Positions 41,824 through 55,234 of a stretch of 64,000 bases of DNA are shown here, piece by piece. Each line of letters begins with the position of its first letter. The first letter of the stretch is position 1. Source of the DNA: Chrysomallon squamiferum (lineage: Eukaryota; Animalia; Mollusca); NCBI GenBank assembly GCA_012295275.1, contig CM022666.1, forward strand, positions 10,850,001-10,914,000. Direction: 5' to 3'. The notes under the pieces were generated by a model. The model worked only from the letters and a program-made list of their open reading frames with translations. It made no database searches and was not told the DNA's origin. The position numbers and the translations under genes were made by a program.

Positions 41824-44247
41824 ATACTAATAATAACAATGATGATGATGACAATGATGATTTAATCTAATATTAAAATCATTAAAAAACTGAATTTAGT
41901 TCACACATAAGATAGTATATAATTGTCAATACCTTTATCCTTCCATAACTTATTATAATGCGCAAAAAAAGGTAGTGCTGAATAACACATCATACACTGT
42001 TAATATCTAACAAAATTCATGGTTTTAATTCAGTAGCCGTGCTCTGGGAAATAGAAAGTTGATATTAGGATCGGAGCAATCACAATCTGTAACATTCACT
42101 TTTCTCAGTTATAAAGTTGAATTATAAAAGTAACTTTTATCATCTGTAAAGTGGCAGAAGCTGGTTTCAGATTAACAGCAAATGAGCGCTAATTATAAAT
42201 CTGCTGTCGAGATGTTATTTTACATCTTTGCTGCTAACACTTTTTTATGTTCAAATCTGCTGAGGATAAAAACCATCCCCATTGTTTATTATTTTATTAA
42301 TTCTTTCCTCCATCCATTCATTGTTTCATCCTTCATTTATTAACTTATTCATTCATTCCTGCACTCTGTTTCACAGTATCGCTCACGTTGCCTCGTTCCT
42401 CGAGAAGGGCAAGCAGGTTATTGGAAAACTGGCCACCAACTTGAACAACATCTTCCAAGCCGCCATGGGCAAACTGGCCAGCATCGGAGACAAGATCCAC
42501 AGTCTGGAATTCCTGAAAGAACCAGTCGAGAATGTCATCAGTGAAATCAAGAATGTTGTCAGTAAGTAGACTTAGATCATAGACACGTCATGAAGTCAAG
42601 AATGTTGTCAGAAAGTAGACTTAGATCATAGACACGTCACGAAGTCAAGAATGTTGTCAGTAAGTAGACTTAGATCATAGACACGTCACGAAGTCAAGAA
42701 TGTTGTCAGTAAGTAGACTTAGATCATAGACACGTCACGAAGTCAAGAATGTTGTCAGTAAGTAGACTTAGATCATAGACACGTCACGAAGTCAAGAATG
42801 TTGTCAGTAAGTAGACTTAGATCATAGACTCGTCATGAAATAAACAATGCTATCTGTAACTGGAAGTAACTCCTACACAGGATATTCTAACCTTTTTTGT
42901 TAACTCATCAATCAAAATGTATTCTCACTGCACACGCTTATTTCCAGAAGATATATATTAAAATACATAACAAACCACATTTTTTAAAACTTCATGAATC
43001 GACGAATGCACTCATTATAAATTAAAATTCATGAAATAAGTTAAAATAAATACATATCTAATATTAATTCAAATTATACAACAGCATTAAAAGTTTAATA
43101 AAATTAAAAAAATTAAAAAAATAATGTCACTAGAAAACAGAATCATGCTCTGTCCTGTAGTAAGATGTGATTTTACTTGTTCCCAGGCCTGCACGGACAT
43201 CTTCAACTCGCTAACATCGGCGAGCTGCTGAAGAACCCAGCTCAGTTCGTGCTTAAACTTGGCGGCAAAGTGCTCGGAAACCTCCTCCACAAACGTAACG
43301 CTGTGGTCGACAGTCTGAAATCCGTTGGTCAGTCCATGCTTGACATGTTCAAACCCTTCATTGAACAAGTCCACCAGGTATGTTTTACCTTTACCTAGAG
43401 CAGGATTTCAGAATGCAGGGGTGGCAAAGTTTCACTATAAAGAAAAAAAATCTATGGATCAGGCAGAAGGAAATAAACATAATTGCAGAAAGACGCGTTG
43501 ATATATAATATTGAAACTGGATAATTAAAAAACAACTCATGGAGATTATTAGTTATATAGGCTTAATTTTACAAAATAAAACACGTAGAAACTTGGAAAA
43601 ACGTCGATTTAGAGATGTATGTTTTTTTTATTAATTTTATGTTTTTTGTTTTATTTTATTGTTGTTGTTTTAGTAAATACTTTGTCAACTAATCGCTATT
43701 CCAACAGTTTTAACATTTCGCTTTGTTTCGCTTTGTCAGCACGTCGCCAACCTGGGTACCACGCTCACCAACGCTGCCTCTGGAATTGCTTCTGCCATCA
43801 AGCCACACATTGACGCTCTCAAAGGCCAGCTGACCGAACATCTGAACAACCTGAAACAGGCTGGAACCGCTCTTCTGCAACATGGAAAGGACGCCATTAA
43901 AGCCCTTGGCTCTGCTGCCACTGACATTCTTGGTAAGTAAACCAGCAGCGAATCCACCAGTTCTGAAGGGTGATCATAATGAAAACCGTGAAACTTCCGA
44001 GATGAAATCAGTCTAATTATAACAAAACATCAGTCTACTATTTACACATGTAACTGAATTACAAATCTTTTATGAGACTCACACAACTTATTGTAGCATT
44101 TATTTTAGAAATGACTTTACAGACTGACATTATTAATTTCCAGGTCAAACGATGAGCAATGCTGCCCCCGCCCTCCACCAACTCGCAGAGACAGGAAAAG
44201 CCGCCGCTGGCGTCATTGGACAACACCTCATTGAAGCCCTCGGTTAA
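40964..44247 (+). CDS. Secreted amphipathic-helix precursor protein B, 309 aa; exons 40964-41180, 41718-41757, 42377-42561, 43187-43377, 43740-43932, 44144-44247
   Basis: GT-AG introns with the same phases as gene A. Three internal exons have identical lengths (185, 191, 193 nt), giving a 930-nt ORF. Signal peptide MKFLVLVTVVALLSAGADA and two KR sites. AATAAA at 44264. Confidence 0.9.
42547..42840. repeat. 49-bp tandem repeat x6 spanning an exon/intron boundary of gene B
   Basis: Unit tcaagaatgttgtca|gtaagtagacttagatcatagacacgtcacgaag at 42547, 42596, 42645, 42694, 42743 and 42792. Confidence 0.95.
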
Positions 44248-46784
44248 ACCTGTACTCAGTCTGAATAAACCCTGTTTTTAAATAGATCTCTCGTTCCTTT
44301 TGTTTTGTCCTTCGTTCTGAAGTATTATTTATTTATGTATTTAATCTTATTTTATTTATTTATTTATTTATTAGTTACTGTACACTATAGGATTATATAT
44401 CACTGGATTCTTATTTAAAGAAAAAATTAATAATAAAATAAAAAACTGAAAGTGACTGCAAAAGCACAAATTAAATTTTGTTTAACCCACAGTTAACACA
44501 AATATTACAGAAATCATGACGTGAAATCCGCTGCTGTTTTTTGATCAGTAACAACTTATTTTCTGTAACGATGCTGTTTGAAAAAGTCTGTCACAGGCTA
44601 CTTGCGCAGTAGTCCAACATGAACGCTAAAATAAAACGTACACCACACATTATAAATAAAACATAACTAAGAATGAAGTAAAAGTATTTTTATTTATACA
44701 TTTAAAATAATTGTAACAAAATGATAAAATGGCCCTGTATCTGTCTCACTATGTCTTATTCTGAAAAAAATTACCTTATTAAAAGATAAAATAATTTTCT
44801 TATTTAAATTACTAATTTTGATCTATGTATAAATAAATACAATACAATTAGAAATAATGCCCTTACAAAACAGTATTAATCAAATACAATTAAATACAAG
44901 TTTTGTCAAAATTAAATGAAGCGCTGAGGAGATGAGTGGCGTAATTTCAAAGAAATGAAAAATTACCCCAAAACAACTTCAAAAATATTATCTTCTAAAA
45001 TAAATATTATCTGCAATAAATCAATGACTGCATGCCATTCATTTAACTGTGCCCTTTAAAAACTTTGTAATTTTTAATTTTATTTACTTTAATACTTGCA
45101 CACCTGTTATCTCAAAAAGAATGTTATATGGGCTGAACCATACTAGTTTAAGTACTTAAATTCATTACAATATATTTATTTATTTATTTATTTGTATCAG
45201 TGATTACATGCTAATACATTATTGGACCCTTATTTTAATATATAAATAAATAAATAAACAAATAAAACAAGTAATAAAATAAAGTATTAAATGTAATGGA
45301 ACAAGTTAAGAAGTTTTGACATGCTGGTTATAAGCCCTTCAATACATTCATACACTCATTCATTCATTAATTTATTTATTTTTGATTTATGAATAAGTTT
45401 AAATATATAATTGCACCATGTCCCACATAAATAAATAATACCGTTTTACAACATACTGATTGTATCACAGTGAAATTGTAATTTAAAAAAATATATCCCA
45501 AAGCCTTCACATATACAGAACATAAACATAAATATTAACATAATCTGAATAATCTGAATTAAATTTCCTAATTAGTGTAAAAATGTTAGAATTTTCTTGT
45601 CATTTAATGTAACACATAATGTCTTAATTTAAAAAAAATATTTATATTATGTAATATATTATTTAATGTCTCTGATCATACAAAGTAACACATTTAATGA
45701 CATCAGCCTCTAATATAACAGGTTAATACACTGTTTAACATCTTCAGTTGTCTAATGTAAACATTTTTAACATCTTAATGTCTTCTGTCATTTAATGTGA
45801 GTCAATGTCACACATTTAAAACAACAAGCCGTGCACCGTTCAACATAAAACATCTTTCAAAAAATATAAAATATGTTAAAAGTACATGATCCTGAGTATT
45901 TATGTATACTGAAAATATTTTTAAAAATAATACTAATACAATTATTATTATTATTATTACATAAAGAAAAAAACAAGCTAAAAAATATGTAGCTATAACT
46001 GATAAAACTTCACTTTTTTTATCTAATAACTGATATATAAAAAAACAAATGTTTATTTCACAGCTTATCAGTTTCAGATAACAAATGTAAAATAACTAGA
46101 AAACACAAGATCTGGGATAAAAACATATTTAACAACAAACTTTAATATAACTATTTTCCTAACACTCACTAATATTTACAGTTAAAAACAATGTACAATT
46201 ATATCAATTTTGTTATATTTGTATACACAAAATTTAAAAATTATAAGCATTGGTAATTAACAATTTTTGTATAAAAGTAAATTTAAAAAATAATTTTACC
46301 TGATAACACTCAACCTTTTAATATGAATATCAAAATATTCTTAATAATAATGAAATTAAACATCACCATTCGTCTAAAACTATTTTCTTATAAAATAGAA
46401 AAGGAGTAAACACATTTCCTTTTAAATAATTATTTTTACATAAATGAATGCATTATTTTCATGTGTATATGTATATATATATATATATATATAAAGAACT
46501 ATAAATGAGGTGACCAAACATAATAAAGCTGTCCTGATTGTAATTACAATTACTGTTTAGTAAAGATTATAAATTTGTATAAAAAATATATAACTTATAT
46601 AAATACTGTTGTGCTGTTTTGATTCTAAGCTATATAAAAAGCAGTCCAATTATTCTTTTTTTTTTAGTTTTCTTGGTTTTATTAGATAACAATTCAACAG
46701 TACATTGCACACTGACATCACTGTTATAATGTTTTAAGATAAAATAATATAGATATAGATACATTATGTCTATAATTTCAAATC

Positions 46785-47772
46785 TTAAATATCATTCCCT
46801 TGAAAATTCTTCACTTTAAAAGTCATAGTAAGAAGAAGACCTGAAAATAATAAATTTCAAATTGAAGAAAATAATTTCTTTCTGTTAATGAAAAATAATC
46901 AATTAATAATTACATGTACAAAAAAAAAATATTTTGTAGAAGACCAAGGAATTAATTTATATATTGAAAGTAATATTTACTATTAACATTTTTAAATAAA
47001 ATTATATATATATATATAAATTAAATACCTAGTTTATTTAATGGCTCATTAATTTTCAACATCAGTCAAAAGTTCTGGCAAAGAAAACATATCTATCAGT
47101 TTAGTACATAGTTGTTTTTCCTTTCTTTTTAAAGAGGCTTTACATTCCTATGTAAGATATGACATCATGATTATTCAAGACAGAAAACTGACTTACATAA
47201 GTAAATATTCATTTATTTTATCTTTTTAATTTAGTTTTCAAGTTTTAACACTACAGGTATTAATTATGTGCATGTTTTTGTGTGTCTGTATTTGTGTATT
47301 TACATATAAACTTACTTGCAAATGAGAAAGCTGACACCATGAAGAACATTCCATACCAACCAATAATAACTTTGAGTTGGGACGTGAGTATGGCACCCAC
47401 TGGATTTGTAATTACCTGTTGACACAAACAAAACATTTAAATATTTTCTTAAACATTCAGCAATTTATTATCTCTTTTATCCATTAACATTTAATTATGT
47501 AAGACAAAATAATAAAAATAATCACCTTTAAAGTTGAATAGTGTGTAATATTTTGAAGTCTACATACTTTGAATTTGTTATATCAAAATTGTTATAAAAA
47601 TAATTCCTTATTAATTAAACTGAGGTTTTATATTAGAGACAAAATGTAAAACTGAAACACAGGGTGGAAACAGAAATGGTTGATAAATGTTATGAAATAT
47701 ATAAATGATTCATCAATGTCTTTCTTACCTTTATTTACTTTATTTATTTATTTATTTATGTTCATATATCAT

Positions 47773-47830
<58 letters not shown>

Positions 47831-49560
47831 ATTTATTTTGTCTCATTTGCCTTAACTAATTTTATATTGTTATTGTTTCTCTTGGCTATTTTTAAATTTT
47901 GTTTTGGATATTTTCTATGTTGATTTAATTTTCTTTTCACTATGATATTTTACACATATTAATAGAAAAATAATCGTTAAATAAGAAAGCTATAATTACA
48001 AATCTTCACTACCTGCGAGGTAAACAGGAGGCCATAGTTCACTGCGTAGTGAGTTTGACCAAACGCTCGGGCAATTGCTGTGGGCATCAGAGAGAAGTTT
48101 CCAGAAAACGTGAGAAATATGAGACAAACCCAGATGAAGAACATGGCTTTTCCAGCAAAACTTGTCAGACCAATAGTCAGCATGAGAATGGTGAACACTC
48201 CACAGTTACAAGTCATAGCAACCTGGGTAGATAAAAAATATATTACACAGTAGAAAATATAAAGTCTACTACATTATAAATCAGTTAACATGAATAACAG
48301 TTGTACAGAGCAACCTCATGAGATGAAATACAAACCATATAGTTATATATATATATATGTATGTATGTATGTATGTATTTGTGTACTTGGGTGTTAATGT
48401 ATTTATGTTAATTTTATGTACATGTTGAATGTATGAATTAATGTTTATAGGATATGTACATACTGACTGTTGTTTGATAAAGAGACTAACTATATGGTTT
48501 GTATTTCATCTCATTGCTCTGTACAACTGTTATTCATGTTAACTGATTTATAATGTAGTAGACTTTATATTTTCTACTGTGTAATAGTACAAACATACAG
48601 ACAGAACATTTCTTATGAGTAATTACAATAAAACTTTAAATTAAATAAAAATGAATGTCTGATAATTCAATCAGTAATATCACTGGTTAACAGAGAGCAA
48701 CAATACACATCCCTGCCTGCGATGCTGTGTTATTTGAAGACTTAATTTCTTTCTTTATAAAAAACCCAGCAGTACTATTTTCTAATCCCCAGTGACAAAG
48801 TATTCTAAAAACTGAACTCACTTTAAACGAAGTCCTGTCAGCTAGGTGACCCCACAGTATTCTTCCTGCAGCATTGAACACAGCAGCGAAAGCACCAACC
48901 AACGCAAGAAAAACATCATCATTAATGAATGTCTGACCATACGCCTGAAACAAACATTTTAAACACACTTTTAACATGTGCAGATCTCATAATACAAAGG
49001 GATACGTTATTTCTATTACAACTGATATTTTATCTTCTTCCCTTATACAGGAATGCACATACCCATAGCCTTGCATGAATCTGTTATAGAACATATGTTC
49101 GAACAGGAAATATACTTGGAAGTTCTAAGAAAATCTGATTTAAGAAATATATCTCAAGCCAAAGCTTTACAGTCAGGAATTCAGAAAACTGTTGTAGCAG
49201 ATGATTTTCTAAATTAATTACTTAAAGATTAAATAAAAGATATTATGCCAAATCCATTAATACTATATTTGAAGCTATTTATAACTTAATTAATGCTTTA
49301 CCTTGTATAATGATGATATAAAAGTTACTCCTTGCCCATTGAATAAAAATATCATCCACAGGACATAAAATGGTTTTTTCTTTAATATTTCTGTTGGTGA
49401 TAAAGTCATACTTTCATCCAAAGCCCTGTAAATAAAAATTTAATTAACATTATGTAAGTACATGTTAATGCATTTAGAAATACATTTAGACTTATGTATA
49501 CTAAACAAATAAAATACACAGAGGGGGAGAGGGGAGGGGAGAGGGAGAGGGAGAGGGGGG

Positions 49561-49634
<74 letters not shown>

Positions 49635-51765
49635 CAATGAGAATGAGACAAACACATTTAGAAAAAATAAAAATACTGATACAAAGTATTGAAACTGAGT
49701 AATGTACAAAAATATTCAGCTACAGGTAGAGTAAAAGTGATAAATACAAAGTTTTAATGTTCCTTTTAGCAGACATACAGCAACTTCAATCATCATATCA
49801 TATAAAAATGATTCCGAGAGTAATATATATATTGTACCTCTGTTTAGTCATCACTTCATTGTCAACATTTTTGTCAGACTCTGGAGTGCTCTCCCCTTCT
49901 AAGTCAAGACTATCATCCTCATCACCGAGCAATGATTTCTTTTCTTCCTTTTTATTAATAGATTTCACTGCATCCTTTGTTGTAGCGACATATGTACAGG
50001 TTACTGCCTAAACAAAATCAACAGTAAGACAAAACATTTTATTAACATTCCATTCATAGGCACCTTGTTAATGACAAAATGGGTATGAATAACTGGTGCT
50101 AGTTAAACATGTATTTTCAAGTATAGAAAATTAAGATTAGAGAGACAGAGAGAGAGATAGAAAGTTACAAAAATACATGCACAGGTAGACATTTACAGAA
50201 ATACAGATGTAACATCACAGATGTTACATAAAATACAAAAAACTAAATTTATCTTATAATTTCAAATTCAAGAAATTAGTTATTAATAAAAGAAAACAAA
50301 TCATAGAAAATAGTTTTATTAAGGTTATTGACAAAGATTTAAAACTAGCTTTAAATAATACATTTCTATGTATGCTACTCATTAATGTAAATCCTCTCTT
50401 CACAGTTATCCAAGAATCTCTTGTAAATTATTTACATGGTTGTTGGCAAATTTGCGGCATTTGTAAGAGTTTTAAAACAAAACCGAATTTTTTATTTAAA
50501 AGCATCTATTCAATCAAATGTGTCATATAACATGTACGATATACCTCAGGCGGTGGAAATACGACCAGCATTGAACCAATCAGCTGCATTGTTGCATAGC
50601 AACCACCCATCAACAGAAACATGTAGGGTACATTGTCAAGAATTCCATCTTCTTTAGTAAAATATCTGTATATTTAGCAATTATAAAAAACCAAGTTGTC
50701 TCTGCCAACTCTATTAATAATAAATACAAAACAGAAATCCAAACAATTTCTCACAAATCTATACATCTGTATGGGTCATTCCGTGTCAAATCACCCAATG
50801 GTTTAAACCCAACCTTCTCAGATTTTTATGAAACTTGGTATACTTGTTGACTGGGATCCCACAGCACCAAATCTGAAATGTTAGCTCAATCAGACCAGTG
50901 GTGTGGGAGATACGGCCCACCGAATTTTGAGATTTTTGGCAAAAAATGGGTGTGACCACCAACCTTAGAACCCTCATATCTCGGGAACTACTGGGCCAAT
51001 CTTCATAAAATTGGTATTGTTAGAAAGGCCCTTTTGACCATGGTGAGAAGGTTAAGCATCAGAAACACCTAGTTCTCTCAAATTTATGTGAACTTTATGC
51101 ATACATGTAGGCCTACAATGTCTTACTCAATGATCAAGAAAGATGGTGATCCCTAGCATCCAGAATTGATCATTCAGGTTTTAGTTAATCAGATGTTCAT
51201 GGCTGAAAAGGTGTTATTTTCATGTATATAAATGTATTTCATGCATTTTTTAAATCTATATTGTGGCTAAACAAAAAATATTACACCCAGGAAACTTTTA
51301 TATGTTTTAGTTAACATGTGGGAGATTAAATTTCAATAAAGGTCATCTCAAGATCACGTGATCCACGCAGTTAATTTCAAGGTCATAGCAAAGGTCAAAA
51401 AATCAAGGTAGTCCAATATTTTCCAAACTAAACAAAAATGGCATATTTGGAATCTGGTCTGATTGAGCTAACATTTCAGATTTGGTGCTGTGGGATCCCA
51501 GTCAACAAGTATACCAAGTTTTATAAAAATCTGAGACAGTCGGGTGTAAAAAAAATATTTTCTGGGGTGATTTGATACGGAATTACCCGTATGTATTATA
51601 AAGAAGAAGGTTAGAAAAAGGTTTGAACTTATTTTAACTTATCTTTCAATTGAAATATTTTGTTTTCATGAAGAAAATATGATATTAAATCTAAAATTTC
51701 TAAAAAGGAAAAAAGATCATGTTTAAATAAATATATATATATATATATATTTATATATATGTTTC

Positions 51766-51811
<46 letters not shown>

Positions 51812-53570
51812 ATAATAGATAGATATATAGATATATATATATATAAAACATATATTGGAATAGACAGTTAAAAAACCCCACATGATAATGAACAAGAAAC
51901 AGAAGAACAGAGCACAGATATCTTATTAATACAAAAATAAAATACTATTAAAAACAGAATATTAAAACTGATGTTATTACTGTGATAAAGCATATAAATA
52001 AAACAAAGCAAAACAAAAATAAATAAATAAAATTAACCCCACTTACTTGACTCCATTTACTGGGTGTGTTGGTGATTTGTTTTCTGGGTTGATGAAAGCT
52101 GTCTGAATCTGATCAAAGATGAAAGAACCTCCCCCAAAACCTGCCACAACAAAACCATTCACCAAACCCTTCTTTTCTGGCATCCACTAAAACAAACAGT
52201 AAAAAATGAGTCATTCACGGTTTGACATAGATAAATGTCAACTGAAAATGTAATCTTGTCCAGAAAACTTCTTAAACTAAATATCCAAGTGATCTGTTAT
52301 TTCAGGACAAAATCAACCATGCTGGAGATGTTTTATTTGAGTTGTATAGTTATATAAAACAAGAGTGACAACTTACACTCATAGCACAAGCCATAGGAAC
52401 AGCATAGGCAATGCCAACTCCAAAGCCAAACATCAAGCCGTATGTAATGACCGTGGCAGCAAACGACCATTTGATTGTGAAATAAGTTAGTAAGACACCA
52501 GAGCTAGGAGAATAAATCATTTTAGTAACAGCATACACTACAAAAGCATTTCAAAATACATCTAATTTACATTCAGATTTTTTTAATGAAAACTATTCAT
52601 CATATATATATATTATATATATATTCCCCTCAGTTATTTCCCAAACAACCCAGTGACCAGTTTATCTAAGGATATGGTATGTGCTTTCCTTATTTGATGC
52701 TTAGAAACAAAATTGGGGAAACTGCTTCTGATCGTTAACATCAGCTCACAGAATTTTCACTCAGATCAGTTTCAGATTAAAATCAATACACAAAAAAATA
52801 TATCCTAAGTTAACTGTAATCAGAAAAATATATGTCAGTGATTTTTCTTTTTTTAAATTATCTGTAAAAGTGTTGGAACAGACGTTTATAGCAGTTTTCA
52901 ATAGGTGGGCACATGATTTCATTTCACACATTTATTGAAAGATGAACAAAATAAATCTTTGGACAAATATTTAAATAATATCTTTAAATTTAACTTATTA
53001 AAAGATATCAACTTTTGTTCCAGCCCAATAAAATCTTTAGTAATTTCCTTGTTAACTAAAAAGCACAATAAGCATGATCTAACCTATAAACATTATTGTT
53101 GAGATAATTGATATTTTAAGTTAATAAAGCAAACAAAAAATTAAAAGTGATATTCTCAATGTTCTTTATGTGTACAGTTAAATGTTACTAATATAACATT
53201 CTGATACAAACTAAACTTAACTACAGCATACTTGATCCAAAGTTTTTCTTACTTTCTGGGACATATGACCACATGTGTTTCTCAATACATTTCACCTTTC
53301 ATTTGATCACAAGCAAATCACCATCAAAGCTACACTTTAAACAACTGCACATGTTGTTCTGCCCATCTGATTACCTCATTAATAATCCACCAGTCAGTGT
53401 TGTGAGGCGTGGCCCAATCTTCTGACACAGCAGACCCCCAAGAAACATGGACACACCCTGCCCCATTCCAGACATGGCAAAAATCCAGATACTTGTAGCA
53501 TATGTAAGGTCAGCAGGTGAACTGTATTCTCGAATGTATGATGTCACATAGGGGGTCATGTTACCTGCAA

Positions 53571-53627
<57 letters not shown>

Positions 53628-54263
53628 GATAATGATAATGATATAATAGCGAGGAATATACACCAAAAGCCATGGTGTATTATCCTGTCTGTGACATGAT
53701 GCATACTTTAGACATATTTCTGTGAGTAGCCTGTGAAAGGAGTAGCAGGTTTCCTCTCTTATTATGTCTGTCATCCTTGGCCTTACGATTGTGATTTTCA
53801 TGACAAATGAAAAATTTGTAATTTTATTTTTACTGTTTTAATCTTGCCTTTCTAGGTGTTTTTAACTCATTTGCACTTCTTGACAATAGTTTATTATGAG
53901 TATGACAAGGGGGGGGTGTCAGTTTTGACCAACAATACTTCTATTTTAACACTCGCAGCTAATGAAGAAAAGGACGAACTAGTCCCGTTACTAAAGCCTA
54001 AAGTTTGTCTAAAGGTAACATATGTTTAATTAATTTAATGTTACAAACTTAGTGTTGGTGTTAGAAACTCTTTTCTTTTGTTAACCATTAGACGTAAAAA
54101 CAAATTTCTGCATTACAAACCATAGAGTGTAACTTGTAAAGACAAGGAATATAAATGTTATCTGCAACAACAAACCAAATGTGTAAACTGTCCCAAGTGA
54201 CAAATGGACTAAAACTCCGCCGAAAATCACCAAACACCCTCGACATCGTCTACTGAACGCCAT
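46785..54263 (-). CDS. MFS transporter, oxalate:formate antiporter (OFA)/monocarboxylate-like, 482 aa; exons 54263-54176, 53564-53375, 52503-52377, 52186-52047, 50665-50545, 50007-49838, 49425-49302, 48944-48822, 48222-48013, 47415-47316, 46840-46785
   Basis: Eleven GT-AG exons with consistent phases, totalling 1449 nt. Family motifs: HLSLGTVYTFGN.TPY, YG.MFGFGVGIAY, WMPEKKGLVNGFVVAGFGGG, FNAAGRILWGHLADR, FG..HYAVNYGLLFT. Acidic central loop. Confidence 0.92.
48241..48586. repeat. Foldback inverted repeat with 100-bp arms (48241-48345 and 48487-48586) in MFS intron 8
   Basis: The arms are perfect reverse complements except for a 5-nt insert (cctca). The spacer of about 140 bp contains TA/TATG repeats. 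Confidence 0.92.
50773..51588. mobile_element. Non-autonomous DNA transposon, Sola2-like (GGG...CCC termini, 4-bp TSD GTAT), in MFS intron 4
   Basis: TIR GGGT(C/A)ATTCCGT(G/A)TCAAATCACCC with GTAT on both flanks. An additional subterminal inverted repeat of about 83 bp (50817-50899 and 51454-51536). The superfamily is inferred from the termini and TSD only. Confidence 0.8.
53660..53790 (+). mobile_element. Degraded SINE-like fragment (Nin/Deu-domain-like); related short fragments at about 52640-52692 (+) and 49045-49075 (-)
   Basis: Three loci share a similar AAG....TGGT.T...TCCT core. It resembles the molluscan Nin-domain SINE core as recalled; no alignment was run. Confidence 0.45.
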
Positions 54264-55234
54264 ACCAGATTTTCTTTATTTGTAAATTCTACTTTTTCTT
54301 CTGTGACAAATGTAAATTCCTCCTTTGAGCTGCATTCATAAATATTTCATTTTTTATATTTTAAAATTATTATTTACTGCTGCATTTATATTTAACGATT
54401 TTTTCGCTGTGTAATTAAAAAGTGCTCGCTACCTCACATGAATGAAACCGTCGAACATGATTATTTTTATTTTCTTGGTGAGGCATGCGTACTTATGTGT
54501 AATGTCATAACCGTTTTTATTTCTTACGTCAATAACGGTAAAATGTATGATCAAAGTACAGTATGCGCTCTAAATATGCTTATACTTAATTTTTCCGTTT
54601 GTTTTACTTATTACTGTTATTTTCTTTGATGAACTCTTTCTTCTTTTTACGTACCTTGGATTACTATGATAGGCATAATGATCATCATCAACAATAACAA
54701 CAATAATAATAAAACTGTATTGACGTAGAAAGTCTACTTACACCTGATTAGCATAAAACCAGGAAAACTGGTTTAGTGTTCACACTAAACCATTTGAATG
54801 AAAATTTAAGAAAACTATAAGCTTTCACAAACATTTGTTAACATTGCACCTGTGATTAAGAAACATTCGAGGTAAAGTAAATTTATATTCCTAGACAATT
54901 ATTATAAACTAAATTATATCTGTAGACACTACTGTAGAAATATTTTGGAAATACAATATTAATCAGGATTTTATCACATAGTATTACATTATAAACGTGC
55001 GCGCGAACACACACACACACGCGCACACATACACACACAAATATTCAAAGAGAAAACATTCAAATTAAGTACATTGTTACAAACATACAGAGACTGTAGG
55101 TAGTTAGACAGAGGGTCATAAATACACACTTAATCACACATACATACACACATACAATTTATACAGTATGTGTATGTTAGTTGCGTTTAACATACAATTA
55201 TTCACTGGTGTAATGTTTTTGTATGTTTTAATAG

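Noticed and set aside
43398-43435. caggggtggcaaagtt as a hAT-like terminus
   Set aside because: No matching opposite TIR or 8-bp TSD was found.
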